DNA of 64,000 bases from Rhizodiscina lignyota (Eukaryota), in the NCBI GenBank assembly GCA_010015805.1, contig ML978136.1:62001-126000 (forward strand). Reading direction: 5' to 3'. Shown piece by piece: positions 11,675 through 23,886 of this stretch. Made by a program: the position numbers and the translations under genes. The first letter of the stretch is position 1, and each line of letters begins with the position of its first letter. The notes below the pieces were generated by a model. That model saw nothing but the letters and a program-made list of their open reading frames with translations, had not been told where the DNA came from and did no database searches.

Positions 11675-14121
11675 TCAGCTGCCGCCTGCTGGAATGGCCT
11701 CCCTCAAACCACTCGGGCCTGGTCCCTGGCCTGGCGATGCGGGTCCTTTCTTTCCTCTCCGTCCAAGTAATGTCGCATTATCCAGACTCAGCTCGAACGC
11801 ACCCTTATTTCTGACCTGTCTCTTTGCCGCTGCGGCGACCGCTGCGCTGTGCTGTCCGTATCCCTTCTCCTCGCGCTGCTTGGGGGCTGGCTGACGTGCT
11901 TGCGCTGCCGCAGACAAGCTGGTATTGCGCATCTGTCGTTCAACGCCTTCAACACCTGACTGACCCGCTACTGCGGCGGCGCCGGTGGAGCTCTTCGGCA
12001 GCTTCGCGGGCGGATGTTGCGCAGTCGCATCGTACGGTGCGGACTCGTTCGAAAACTCGTCCTCGTCGTAGTCCATCTCCTCTTCGTCAAGCGCATTGAG
12101 GTTGTTGAGCGCCGCTCCACCACCGCGGTAACCCTGCTTGAAGTTCTTGCGGCGTTTGGTTTCTTCTTCTTGCCGGTGGACGGCATAGCCGACGTCGAAC
12201 ACTTCGCGGAGATTGACGGCTCCGGGAGAGCGGAAGTCCATACGGCGCGCGCCACCGGGCGTCTCGTCGAGGTATGCAAAGTCCGGCTGCAAACGCTGGC
12301 CTGTAGCAGCGGCCTGGTGCAACTCCTTCTGTCGGACTGTAAGCGGTGTTGCTAGTGGTGGAGCGTCATGTGCAGCGTATGTTGGCTCGTCCAACGCCTC
12401 TCTCATCCAGGGATGGGCGAGGAACTGCTTGATGTCATAGCGCTTTTCTGGGTCAACGGTCAGAAGGTGAGAAACCAAGTCCTGGGCAGGCTTGGAGATG
12501 TCGTCCCACCACGGCGAGAGGAACGTGTATTGTCCTCTGGCGACCTTCTCGGTAAGAGTCTGGATCGATTCGTCATAGAATGGAGGAAAGCCGCAGAGTA
12601 AGGTGTACAAGACGCAGCCAAGAGCCCACATGTCGACGCTCTTGCTATACCGCTCATCCTTGACGATCTCTGGAGCAGTGTAGCCGACAGTTCCGCAGGG
12701 TGTCATCGTCTGACTGTCCCAGATCACTTTTGACAAGCCGAAGTCGGCAATTTTGATGACACCGATCCCACCTGCACCAACACCTTTGATGAATTCACCT
12801 TCATCCGCTTTGTCCTCGTCATCAGGACCTCGAGGCTTCGGATTCTTCGTTGGAACAAAGGGGATGGGGTAGAAGAGGAGGTTTTCGGGTTTAATGTCAC
12901 TGTCATATGACGTCAGATCTTAATTGACTCAAATCCTAAATTGAAGACATAAAGCTGAAGGAAACAGTGCGGGGAAAGTCTAAGACTTACCGATGAACAA
13001 CGCCAGCTTCTTCGTGGAGATATTCTAGAGCCTTGGCCACTTGGTGGATGACGTGCCTCGACAAGTCCTCGCTGAAGTAAGTCAGACGAACAATTTGGTG
13101 GAAGAGTTCGCCTCCAGGACACAGTTCCAGGATAATGTAGTAGTATTGTTTTGCTTCGGAGAAGTCGATGAGTTTGACGATATTCGGATGGTCGAGCTGG
13201 CGCATGATTTGGACTTCCTTGAGAATATTTGCTCGCTGGAAAAGTAATTTGTCAGCTAATCTGTCGACAAAGGAACTTCGTAGGGAACAAATTAAATCAT
13301 GAAGAAATAATCAAGCTCTCTTCATCCACAATAGTAGATATTGGAGATATATGCGCACCTCCACGGTTTTCGGCGCCCTTTTGAAGTCCGGATGTAATGC
13401 ATCATCGCCCTAACATCCGTTGGTTGAAGTCGAAAATAATATATTCACGCCAATGATGACTGATAATAAAAGTATTTTTGAGAGCGGTGTTGGGGAGAAT
13501 AGGGAAGAGAAATTCGAATCAAGGAAATGCGACCCGGTTTGGGCGGCGAGAAGCCCAACTCACCTGACTGGAGTTCATCTCGAATTTACGGACGACTTTG
13601 ATCGCAACCTCGCCATACTGGCCATTGGTGTCTCTCGCTCTGTAGACGTTGCTGAACGCGCCGTCACCCATCTTTTCTACCAGTGTCCACCTCTCGAGAC
13701 CAGGGTATCTTGGCATCTTTCCTTTGCTCTCGCGCTCTTCAGCCACTATCCTCTCGATCACCGTTGGGTCGTAGTCCTGGTCACGCTGCTTCGCTGCCGC
13801 TTGCTGTGCTGCCTGCTTCTTTTGTGCATCGCCTACAGCTCGCGCGGCCGCGTCGCCGGCCCTGGCGGCGACATTTCGATTGTCGACTGCTGCCGCGGAG
13901 TAGTCTCCGTGGACAGCAGCGTGCCCTTGGAGAGGTTTCGCGTCTAGTACGTTCGGGTCGGAGATTGCGTAGTGCTGTGGAGGTGGAGGTGATCCGCCAT
14001 ACTGGTGATGGCGCTGCTGCTGGGCGTGGACGGGCGAGACGTTGGTGGTGGGCTCTGCGTTGGCAATGCGGGCTTGCTTCCCGTGCCGGATGAAATTCTT
14101 GAGGTTCTGTATCGTACTCAT
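11675..14121 (-). CDS. srk1: CAMK-group MAPK-activated Ser/Thr kinase Srk1/Rck2
   Basis: Exons 14121-13564, 13409-13359, 13235-12991, 12899-11675. MGDGAFSNV, VAIKVV, HRDIKPEN, GGGIG insert before IADFG, TPCGTVGYTAPE. Confidence 0.95.
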
Positions 14122-14150
14122 TGTTTCAGTTTATGAGCCTGTGAAAGCCG

Positions 14151-15980
14151 TGACGTGCGCGACCACGGTGTGAAGTGTAGCTAGCCGGCCGAATGTTTAG
14201 GTAAAGGACCGAAAGCAGGCTTGATGACAAAAGCTTAGAGCGTGCAGGTGCGGGCAGAACCGCGGAAGGCGAGGAGTGTTGAGAGCTATCAACACGCGAA
14301 TAGTAGAGAAGTGTCGAGGGGGAGAAGGTGTCTTGAGGTGAATACGGGAGATGTGATGATTGGATTGGGTATTGCGAGAGAGCTGTGGAAGGAGTGTGTG
14401 CGAGGCGTGATGTGCGGGTGGGGAGGTGATGTGCGGGTGCAGGGGGCAAAAGGTGTTGCGGGCTGTATGACGTCCGCCTATGTCATCGCCGCGAGCACAG
14501 GAGAAGCGCACGACAGCTTTTGACACGCGCGCCTGTCTGTGCCTCTTCTTGCAGGCAAGCTTGCTTGCTTGCTTGATGCTCCACTGTGAAACGGGGAAAT
14601 TGTCGTGTTTCTCTCGCCGGGGTCTGCTGGCTCTTGCGAAAAGATGAAGATGGGAAGGCCAGGGCCAGGTGGGCTCAGTTTTTTTGGTAGCAGAAGCAGG
14701 GAAACAGCGCCGGCCTGCCTTTATGGCCAAGTCACTCACTCCGACTCACCTCTATCACCGGCATGCCTGCTAGACTCTATGCTTGCCTCTCACACAGCCG
14801 TGTGCTCTCGATCTCGCAATCCTGCCCGAATACCGCGGCTGACCAGCGTTCCGTGGTCCCGCGCTGCTCTATGATATGGCGTGGAGAAGTGAGCTCGTGT
14901 GATATTGGAAGCGATCGCCGTTCGAGATCTCGATGTCACAAAGAATTCGATAGCTTGAATAGGTAATCGACAACTGGCTAGGCTCATAAAGAGCCTTATG
15001 GAGACGTCACAAAGCACACAGTAGGAAACAGACAGCAGCCATGCCTTTTAAACTATACGGATGTCGACGGGTCGCGCCTCGCGAGATTTAGCTGCCGTGT
15101 CTTGTGCGCAACATTCTATTTTACAGTCTTCTCTTGGGTGGACGGGAAGGCTCAAGACATCACAAGATCTGCCAGGCCGGCGGTTCAATCATGTCTGCCG
15201 CTCCTTGTTGAGAGCCGCTCTGTCCTGAGCGCGAACCTCACCTGTTTGCCGTCAATTTCTGTTTCTTTGAGGACGAGAGGGCCGTTCTTCGCCCCGCACT
15301 CCCTCTCTAAAGAGCGGCCATCATTTGATTCCGCTCTCCTCTCTCGCATGACAGATAGTTGAGGCTCTTGCCGTCCTCGCTTACACAATGCTCCCTATAC
15401 GAAGTGGATCTTATTCATTGAGCCGCATGGCACTGCTGCAGGAGGACGTGCTCCGTCCAAGCTGGAGCTCGCCCAAGTGACGTCGGTCAGGGTCTGACGT
15501 CGCTGCTAGCCCGTTTAGGGTTAGTCAAATATGCAGAGGACGATCAGGTCAACCGCCAATTGCCTGCTCCTCCACTTGGACCACTTCACAAACCTCCCTT
15601 TGACATTTGAACTTGCCCCACACGCCGATCTCAACATGTTTCATCCTGAGGTGCGACTCGTCATAAGCTGAAGCCAACAGATGAGAGCGAATCAAACAGA
15701 CGCGCCAGAAGGAGTGCATCGAATACCGTTTCGTCTTCAAGGCTGCAGAGATAAAGTGCATAATCAGCTAGAGTAACGTGACTCTCGTTTAATTTGTATC
15801 AATAAATTTCGACCAGTTTCCAGTCTGGTGCGTCTAGTACTTGGCTTACAGCATGTCGTCGCAAACAGTACTGGATCTGCTCAATCCAATTGAGATGCCT
15901 ATCAACTCTGTGCTCTAGGGCAAGCCTTGCCGTTGACTGCATTTCCTGCGCAAGGATATCGTGCCTTCCTTCCGACGTCA
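14151..15980. promoter_or_regulatory. Cluster of six CRE-like (TGACGT/ACGTCA) motifs upstream of srk1
   Basis: Hits at 14151, 14468, 15004, 15478, 15495 and 15975. Confidence 0.45.
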
Positions 15981-17124
15981 CTTCGAATAGCTGCGAACGA
16001 TCCGGGTGATTCTGAGTTTGCACTCACGAACGTAGTGATCCCTGAAGGAGCTAAGGTAGTTTCCCGCGAGCGAGCGAGAGTCCAGAGAGTTACTCTATTA
16101 CAGTCGCATTCAGCACTTCCAATAGGCTTCCGTGTATTAGTGAGTTTATATTTGAGCTTGTCAGGGAGGAGCCCTCTAGGCTCACCCTAGAAGATTTGCT
16201 TCTCGGTGTCGCGGAAAAGAGACGCTGTTACAGGTCAAACAATTTTGCTGATTCGGCCTTTGTACACAAGACCATAGTGATCAACAATGTACGAGTGGCT
16301 TGTAGATTCCGGCAAGTTTAACCACCGCCACCAGCCTGCTCACCTCCCTCCACCTACAGTGAGACTCGAATCGTCCATCGTAATTCTCCCCATCTCAATC
16401 TACAGCCTATCTTGCACGCACCAAAAGCTCGCTCTAATCAATAAGTGCATCTATAGCTTTGAATACGTACAGTAATCAGCGGAGTCCGCTCTACAGAGAG
16501 CACCCGATAGACGTCTAGCCTTTTGGCTCGTCCTTACTCTCTGCACCAGCACGAGGCCCTGATTCACTGAACGGCCGCAGGAAGGACGAGTTTTGTTCTT
16601 CTACACGAACGAGAGCATTTCTGAAGGCTCTCCTAAATATACAGCAGATCGTATTTCTCTAGAATACGCAGCTTCAGTGATGATAATGTATATTGACTGA
16701 CGAGGATATGCGTCCTCGCCATTCACCATATTGTAGCTACGAGTAAACTGTCCTGTCGCCCACTTGACCAGCTCCATCTACAACGCCTTGATATGTATCT
16801 CGCAGATGCCATTGGCATCCTCCAGCTGCAAGAGCGCCGATGAGTGGAATGAGATGCCGGTTTAGATGGAGCCTACTCGGAGCACTTTTGATATTGCTCT
16901 TAATGGGCAAGTAATTAGACTTCACGTATAGACGATCACTTAATATAATTGAAGCAAAGTGCAATTTTATCCTGTCTATATGCCGATCGTCGGCCCACCT
17001 GAAAAAAACAAAAAGCCAAAAAAAAAACCCGACACGCAATGCAGAAAACAACAAAAAAGAAACTTGCTATTTTAACGCCCATTCAAAGACCCCGATGCAC
17101 TTGTATTGTATTAGAAAAGAAAGT

Positions 17125-20100
17125 TCAACCCTTTGTCGGACTAGCACTCTCCCTCCCACTCCCCACCACACTGCTGAACCGCCTCTTGACATTGCCCCAG
17201 ACCTCTCCAACCTTGCCCAATCCGCCCGCACTGCCCGGTCGACTCTGGCTCCCACCCTCCTGGACCCCCTGCTGTGCCTGCAGCCTGGGATCGATCGGGA
17301 GCGCCGCCGGCGCCATCACCTGCCCCTGTTGCTGTTGCTGTGCGAGCCTCACCTCATCAGCCGAGAGGCTCCTGCGCTCCGGATTCTGGTACTGCTGCGG
17401 CGGTAGTGGAGGCTGGCTCTGGCTCTGCGACTCGCGGCGTGAGTGCGGCTGGCTGCGATTGCCGGGGAACTCGTGCATGGCCCAACCCTGTACCTGGAAC
17501 GTCGGGCTGTGTGCCGAAGCCGATGCACTGGCGCTTCGCTCGCGCCTCGCCGAGTGCACCGGATCGTACACCTGCCCGCCGCTCCCAGATTGGGATTGGC
17601 CTTGGTTCTGTTGCTGCTGGAGGGGGATGCTGCTTAGTGGGATCATGATCGTCTCGCCGCGGGAACCGCCTGCCCGCCTGCCGTTGCTCTTTCGCGCGCT
17701 TGAATGAACCTGGACTTGAGGTTCAAATGCGGGACCTAGCATCGGCTGTGGCTGGGCTGGCGGGTGATGAGGTGGTGGTGGCTGAGACTGAAACTGCATC
17801 TGGCCTGGCGGCTGCGACGGCTGCGGTGGCTGCGACGGTTGCGGCGGTTGCGGCGGTTGCGGCGGTTGCGGTGGATGCGGTGGATGTGATGGATGTGGTG
17901 GATGTGGTGGGTGTGGTGTTGGAGGTGCTGGGCCCATAGGTCCGGGTTGCATAGATGGTGCTGGTGCAATGACAATGCCATTTCCTTGAGAAATTACCGG
18001 GCTTCCAGCTGTAGAAGGTGCTGGAGCGAAAGTTGGCCCTGGGGGCGTCGATGTTGATGGTCCGGGGCGAGGTTGGATATTATGAATCTTTCCACCGCCA
18101 ATGCTGCTTCTGTTTCTTATGCCTTTTGGCTGTATGTTCGGATAGTATGCGCGGTCGATGGCTGCTGATGGAGGCGGGGCTGCGATCATCGAAATCGTTA
18201 CGTTTGGAGTGGTGGATGAGCTTGGTAACGACGGCAGAGGAGCTGGGTTGACTGGAAATACACTCGTTGAAGGAGATGGCACGCCCGATGAATTCTTGCG
18301 GCTTGACGTGCCTGCGATGCTAACTTTCCCGCTACCGTCTCCGAGACCAGGCTCCCACCGACGGACATTTAAGCCCGCTGTTTCCCACGTTTGGATACCA
18401 GATTCGCGGATGAATTTTTCACGTTGTTCGTTTGTTGGAACTGCATTTCTTTGGCTTTCTCCGTGAGGTGGCGCTTGCGCTGGGAGCGGCGCAGCCGCGA
18501 GGGCTCTTCCATTTCCCTGGGAAGGATGTAAGTTCTGGATGGAGTAATAGGGGCCATGATGTGCAAACATTGCAGGGTTAGGATTTCCGAACATCGGAGG
18601 GGGTTGAGCCCCAAACAGACCTGATCCTGGCGGTCCCGGGGGTGCCTGTCCAATGGCCGTAAGTCCACCGCCGTATCCGTGCATCTGCTGGTGTTGGTGT
18701 TGAGTGGCCAGTTCCATCTGCTGGTCCATCTGCCTCTGTGCCTCTCGCTGTGCATTCTCGTGTGCTAACTTCTCTGCTGCTGCTTTAGATACCCGTTCCA
18801 CTTCCAGTGCCCTCTTCCGGTGAGCCCACCACAACGTCATTGACTTACTGCGCTTTTCGGACTTCACACGCTGCTTCCTCTTTCCCTCAGGGGCTACTGG
18901 AGGCTGAGCTCCCGTGGGACCAACTGGCGGTGCGTTAGTAGTGGTTGAGCCAGATTCAGGATCGCCGAGAACTGAATCTTCTGATTTGCGTTGAGCACCT
19001 GGTGACGCCGAGCCCGGCATGACATCCGGTGGGAGATCGAAAGTGATCTTCGGCTTATCAGCCTTCTTTTGCACTTCGTCGACGAATGGATCCTGCACAG
19101 ACTCCGTAGAAGTGACGACAGGCGCAGGCGTCAGGGACTCGCGCATTTCGTTTGCAAGTTCTGCAATTGTCGGTGGCAGCGGAGATCGTGAAGCGGTTCT
19201 GGGTCCCTTTGGTATACCAGCATCTGATCGAATGGCATTGTTCTTCCTTCCCTTAGGTCTGCCGGGGCGCTTTCTTGTTGGGTCAGGCGATCCACTAGCA
19301 TCTCTCGCTGCTGCATCCTCCTCACTTGTCAAAGTCATCGTGCTCTCTGCTCTCATTTCCCTGATTCTTGGAATGGCCAAGGTCGACCCGCTAACAACAG
19401 CTGCGGCCTTTTCAGCAGCACTTGGTCTTCCACGCTTCTTCCTGCTACCTTCTGCCTCGGGCGTGGCCTCGAGTGGCCTCTTGTTGTTGCTGTTGCGACC
19501 TTTGGCTTCAGGCATGGCGTCATATCTCTGAACAGCTTTGCGCTTTCTCTTGCCGGCAGTACTAGCGACTCCTGCACCAAGTCCTCCTTCTGTGCCAGCG
19601 CCCGCAGCGCTCTGATTGCCCTCGTCGTCTTCGGTACCGACATCGCCAACTTCCCTTAAGCGACGAGCACGAAGCTCTCGGCCGCCCACAGATTCGCGTC
19701 CAGTGCGCTGCGCAAAAGGATTTTGAGTACCTGGCTCCTTCTTTGGATCGTATGTGTAGCCGTAGAGGTCCGCTTCCTTCATGTCTTCCCAAATTTCTGC
19801 ACGAACGGGTTCTCGGCCACCGGTGGCAGGCTTCTTAGGGGGATGCTGGTGCGGAGATGTGCGTGCATCAAGCTCTATATATTCCTTTTGCCATGTGTCC
19901 AGAATGAGCGCAATGTTCTCAGTGATAGCATAGAGACTTTCTGTGGAGCGCTTGGACGGATGAACTTTCGTAAGAGCCTTGATCAACACCGCAGGATCCG
20001 TCAGCGGAGCGAAACGAGTCTGCTTAATGTACTCCGCGTACTCCCTGAAATCTTCAGGGCGAGGGGTGGGGGGTCTTGATCCGTACGCCGAAGGAAGATC

Positions 20101-21105
20101 TTCGTCCATGATAACGTCGTACAGCTCATCTACCTCTCCATCATCGCCTTGTTCTTCTTGAGCTGTATAGGCTTGCGTATCTTGTTGGGTGGTTGGTTCG
20201 TCAGATGCCAACTCGACCTCTAATTCAGGAACGTCCGGGATGACTGCTTCTTGAGTAGCAGCTTCTTGTTGCGTCACTTCTGCTTCCTGGCTTGGCTGAT
20301 CATCTTGGAGGGCTGCAGGTGGAAGAGCAACACCTCCAGATGGAAGAGGAACACCTCCAGATGCAAGAGGAACATCTCCAGACGGAAGAGGAACACCTCC
20401 AGATGGGAGAAGTACACCTCCAGATGGAACAGGCACATCTACCGTCTCTCCTTCTTGCTGACTCGGGTAATCAGGCTCAGGCTCATCGAGTCGGGCTTCT
20501 GCTGCAGTGCGCTTTTCACCTACTTCTGCTGCAGTGCGTTTTCCACCTCTTCGTCCACCTCTACCGCCACGACGCCCACCACGTCCACGTCCTCTGGTGG
20601 CAGCGGGCTTGACTTCGAGTGAATGAGTCTCGCCATTAACTTGCTCCTCGATTCTCTGCTCAAGTTCTTTTGAGATCTGCTCTTCGACAAGATCAGCTTC
20701 CGGGACCTTTTCATCGGGAGCAGCGCTATTGAGTGAAGCGTTGGAATCGGTTCTGCGCTTCTTGATAGGTCGCTTGGAGTGTGGGTCGGTCTTCTCTTCG
20801 CTTTCTTCTTCTTCTTCTTCATGGATATCTTGGCCCGATTCGAGACGCTCGAAATGCTCAGGTTGGAGGCCGGAAATCACGAGATGTGTTTTGGTGCCAG
20901 TGCGGCCTTGGCGCTCAGAACGCGCGACGATTGGAACACGCCCAACGACAATTTGAGATTTGATGGAGGAATTTGAGGAGGAGCGTGCAAATGAGCGATC
21001 AGACTTGATAGAATTTGATGCCGATGATTTTGCAGACAGCGCTGCTGTTGTGTTGCTGGCCGAGGCAGGAGCCCGGCCAGACCGGGTGCGCATTTTTGGC
21101 GGCAT
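17125..21105 (-). CDS. Large intronless, mostly low-complexity nuclear protein with AT-hook-like and RGG motifs
   Basis: ~1326-codon ORF from ATG 21105. RGRGRGGRRGGRGG, KKRGRPS, RKRPGRPKGRK; one ordered segment (LDTWQKEYIELD..WEDMKEADLYGY); Pro/Gln-rich tail. Confidence 0.8.
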   Translation of the reverse strand: MPPKMRTRSGRAPASASNTTAALSAKSSASNSIKSDRSFARSSSNSSIKSQIVVGRVPIVARSERQGRTGTKTHLVISGLQPEHFERLESGQDIHEEEEEESEEKTDPHSKRPIKKRRTDSNASLNSAAPDEKVPEADLVEEQISKELEQRIEEQVNGETHSLEVKPAATRGRGRGGRRGGRGGRRGGKRTAAEVGEKRTAAEARLDEPEPDYPSQQEGETVDVPVPSGGVLLPSGGVPLPSGDVPLASGGVPLPSGGVALPPAALQDDQPSQEAEVTQQEAATQEAVIPDVPELEVELASDEPTTQQDTQAYTAQEEQGDDGEVDELYDVIMDEDLPSAYGSRPPTPRPEDFREYAEYIKQTRFAPLTDPAVLIKALTKVHPSKRSTESLYAITENIALILDTWQKEYIELDARTSPHQHPPKKPATGGREPVRAEIWEDMKEADLYGYTYDPKKEPGTQNPFAQRTGRESVGGRELRARRLREVGDVGTEDDEGNQSAAGAGTEGGLGAGVASTAGKRKRKAVQRYDAMPEAKGRNSNNKRPLEATPEAEGSRKKRGRPSAAEKAAAVVSGSTLAIPRIREMRAESTMTLTSEEDAAARDASGSPDPTRKRPGRPKGRKNNAIRSDAGIPKGPRTASRSPLPPTIAELANEMRESLTPAPVVTSTESVQDPFVDEVQKKADKPKITFDLPPDVMPGSASPGAQRKSEDSVLGDPESGSTTTNAPPVGPTGAQPPVAPEGKRKQRVKSEKRSKSMTLWWAHRKRALEVERVSKAAAEKLAHENAQREAQRQMDQQMELATQHQHQQMHGYGGGLTAIGQAPPGPPGSGLFGAQPPPMFGNPNPAMFAHHGPYYSIQNLHPSQGNGRALAAAPLPAQAPPHGESQRNAVPTNEQREKFIRESGIQTWETAGLNVRRWEPGLGDGSGKVSIAGTSSRKNSSGVPSPSTSVFPVNPAPLPSLPSSSTTPNVTISMIAAPPPSAAIDRAYYPNIQPKGIRNRSSIGGGKIHNIQPRPGPSTSTPPGPTFAPAPSTAGSPVISQGNGIVIAPAPSMQPGPMGPAPPTPHPPHPPHPSHPPHPPQPPQPPQPPQPSQPPQPSQPPGQMQFQSQPPPPHHPPAQPQPMLGPAFEPQVQVHSSARKSNGRRAGGSRGETIMIPLSSIPLQQQQNQGQSQSGSGGQVYDPVHSARRERSASASASAHSPTFQVQGWAMHEFPGNRSQPHSRRESQSQSQPPLPPQQYQNPERRSLSADEVRLAQQQQQGQVMAPAALPIDPRLQAQQGVQEGGSQSRPGSAGGLGKVGEVWGNVKRRFSSVVGSGRESASPTKG
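17808..17925 (-). repeat. Coding 9-bp tandem repeat (PPH/PPQ/PSQ)
   Basis: (GGTTGCGGC)n and (GGATGTGGT)n units visible on the + strand. Confidence 0.75.
20320..20430 (-). repeat. Coding 21-bp minisatellite x5 (PSGGVPL)
   Basis: Unit TGGAAGAGGAACACCTCCAGA repeated about 5 times on the + strand. Confidence 0.9.
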
Positions 21106-21664
21106 GCGAGCTTGCGCGGCACCCAAAATTCAAGAAAGATTGTAGAAACGATGCTCTGGCTGAATGGAGGTTGAGTAAGAGTGGAGAGTGGTGTGCACAA
21201 TTGCACTGTCAGCTGTCGAGTTTGCAGGTGATTGACTTTGCAAAACCCGAAGCGGCAATGGGGCTGCTCAAAGAAAGGAGCGGGTTGGATGATGTGCCAG
21301 CAATGTGAGCTGAACGATGCAAGTGTGCGCGAAGGGAGCGGCGTGAAAATGAGTTTGGAAGGTGTAAGTCTCTCGAGAGAATGCTTCAAAGGATTCTGGC
21401 GAGAGGCGAAGGGTAGTTTGGGTGTTGTAAAGGAAGAAGAGCAATGTTGCTGTTCTCTCTGACTTCTGCCAAACTAGCGTGCTTCCGCCAGCCAATCAGC
21501 GCCCGCGCCACACGCCAGGGTGCATGGGTGGCAGCTCGATGCCCCAAAGCAGCTGCGACAATAGCACCACCACCAGCTGTCTCCCCCATTGCTACGCCCT
21601 CTATGCTCCCTAACTACCATTCATGACCAGCTGATACACATTCTACCGCCACCCACTCCCCGCA

Positions 21665-23381
21665 ATGGCTCACAAGAAGGCTCTCACCGACGCCGAGCTC
21701 GAGGGTCTCTTCGAGGGCATCACCGACTCCACAGCCACCCCATCGGGAGCGTCGACGTCCAGCAAGCCTGCATCGGCTCCCAAACCTCCTCCACCTGCTG
21801 CTGCTGCATCCGCCGAAGATGATCCGCTCGCAGAACTCGAGTCGCTCGCCAAGGCCAAACCTGCATCTCGTCCTCACACCCCCAAACAATCAGGCCTGAC
21901 TGCCAGCCGCTCGCGACCTGTGACCGTTGAAGCGGCAACGCCTTCGTCCACCGGCTCCACTCGAACGAGCGAGGACCGCAATGCTCCTGGTGTGACTGGC
22001 AGGAAGTCTGGGGAGAGCAGTCGCAGCTACCATCAGGCCTTCACACCTGCCAGCACCAGCGAAGGGAGTCCAAATGAGGACCTAGAGCGCGAAAGAAGAG
22101 AGCGAGAGGCACAGAAGCAACAGGAGCAGCAAGCCGGTGGAGGATGGTGGGGTGGCCTGTGGTCCACTGCGAGCGCGGTCAGGAAGCAGGCTGAAGCTGC
22201 TGTAAAGGAGATTCGCAGCAATGAAGAGGCACAGAAATGGGTGGAGGGAGCAATGAAAGGCAAGCTTGATGTCAACGCCTTGAAGGGACTCGGTGAGTTG
22301 TCGTCTTGCACCTTTATATACTTCTCGAGCAGACGAATGTCTAGAATGGCATCTGAGCACCACTATATATGGTAAACGACGTTAGACTAATAACCCATCT
22401 ACAGGCGCTGACCTTCGTACGCGAGCCCTTCCAACATTTACCTCGCTTCTCCATACTCTTGCACCCCCCATCTCGCAGCACGAACGTCTCCTCATCCACA
22501 CCACCCATGACCTTCTCAACTACCCCTCCCTTGACCCCACCATCTTCGCCGTCTTCTCACGCGTAATGTCGCAAGTCGAAGGCGGTGACCTGATGGTGAT
22601 CCAGCGAGGGAGTGAATCAACACCCCGCCGCAGCTCCTCCGAGGGCTACCGCGGACCTGGACTCAATATGAGCACGTCTGGTGGATGGAATGACGGCCCG
22701 TGGTGGAGGCAGGGCGAGGCCAAGCGCGACATTGGCATCGTCAAGGGCCTGGCAGAGGGCTCGAAGCTTGCAAAAGTAGGCGCAGAGACGTATGCGACAG
22801 AATACTTTGCTGGCAAAGGCGGCGTCGAAGAGGCAGCGAAGCAAGCGACGCAAGTCCTGAGCGAGTCGAATCCCGTGCGAAGCAGCGACATCTTCCTTGC
22901 ACTGCAGGCGGTGTCGTACACTCAGCCAGCTGAGCTGTTTGCCTCTTCCTCTTCTTCCTCGCAGGAGCAGAAAGAGGGTGGAGTCGAAGAGCAGCCTGAT
23001 CAGCCAGACGAGCTGGTGACCTTTGCGGTCTACCTGTACGATCCTGTCCACGCACTCTCCTTCTCCACACTCTCGCAATCGTTTCCTGTGCGGTGGATTG
23101 AGTGGCTGGACGCTCCAGCGGCGCAGCACCCAGACTTCCCGAACGAGTATCGTCCGCCGGAAGATATTGCTCAGATTATTGATGAGGGGGGCGTCGATCC
23201 TAGGGAATGGGTTGCTGAGTGGGTGGAAGAGAGTCTGAGCATGGCTGTAGGTGTCCTTGCTCAGAGGTATGTTGCAAGGAGGATGGGTGTCGGCGAGGGT
23301 GGATTGGGTCGGGGTAAGGCGAGGGAAGAGGCCGTAATGGCTGGTGCGGGAGAGGTTGCGAGGGCTATGGGCGGCCTTTGA
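21665..23381 (+). CDS. mtc1: Maintenance of telomere capping protein 1 family
   Basis: GGGWWGGLWSTAS, HTLAPPISQHERLLIH, FSRVMSQVEGGDL, GVDPREWVAEWVEE..LAQRYVARRMG; intron 22293-22404. Confidence 0.85.
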
Positions 23382-23886
23382 GAGCCTTTGTCATGGATGA
23401 CACCCATGATAACCCTGGCGATGGCGTTCTGGAAGGACATTTGGGAGCTTGGTAAAGGGTGTTAAATTATTGTGGATTTAGGAATCACAGAATTATTTTC
23501 TGTTCTGCCTGAATAAATCTTTCCGACAATATCGAAATTCCTCTCTTGTGCATACCACTACAGACCCAGTTGCTCAAGGCTCAGATGATTCGCGGATAAA
23601 CCCCCATCGTTGTCGTGTTTGAGACTCATGTGAGACTCGGTACTGATGTAGCACAAAGATGTATGGTCTCCTCGTCGCATGCATTCTGATGAGCCTTGAT
23701 CCATCAAAGATGGCTTCCCTTCATAATCTTCCGACCACTGCGTTGGCCTCGCACGGTACGTTGTTTGCGCAGCGTCTTCTGGCAATCCAAGTACCGTCTC
23801 GCTGCCATTCGTGATTCGAGCGCATCGATCCTTGTGCTGTTGCGAAATCCTTCAAACCTGGTACAATATTTGCCATTCGACAATCT

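Noticed and set aside
15549..16190. Possible gene relic on the minus strand
   Set aside because: Short fragments with stops and no recognisable family.
15515..23381. Functional telomere cluster (template-like motif plus mtc1)
   Set aside because: Mtc1 is named from a genetic interaction, and a single 10-mer 6 kb away is not evidence of linkage.
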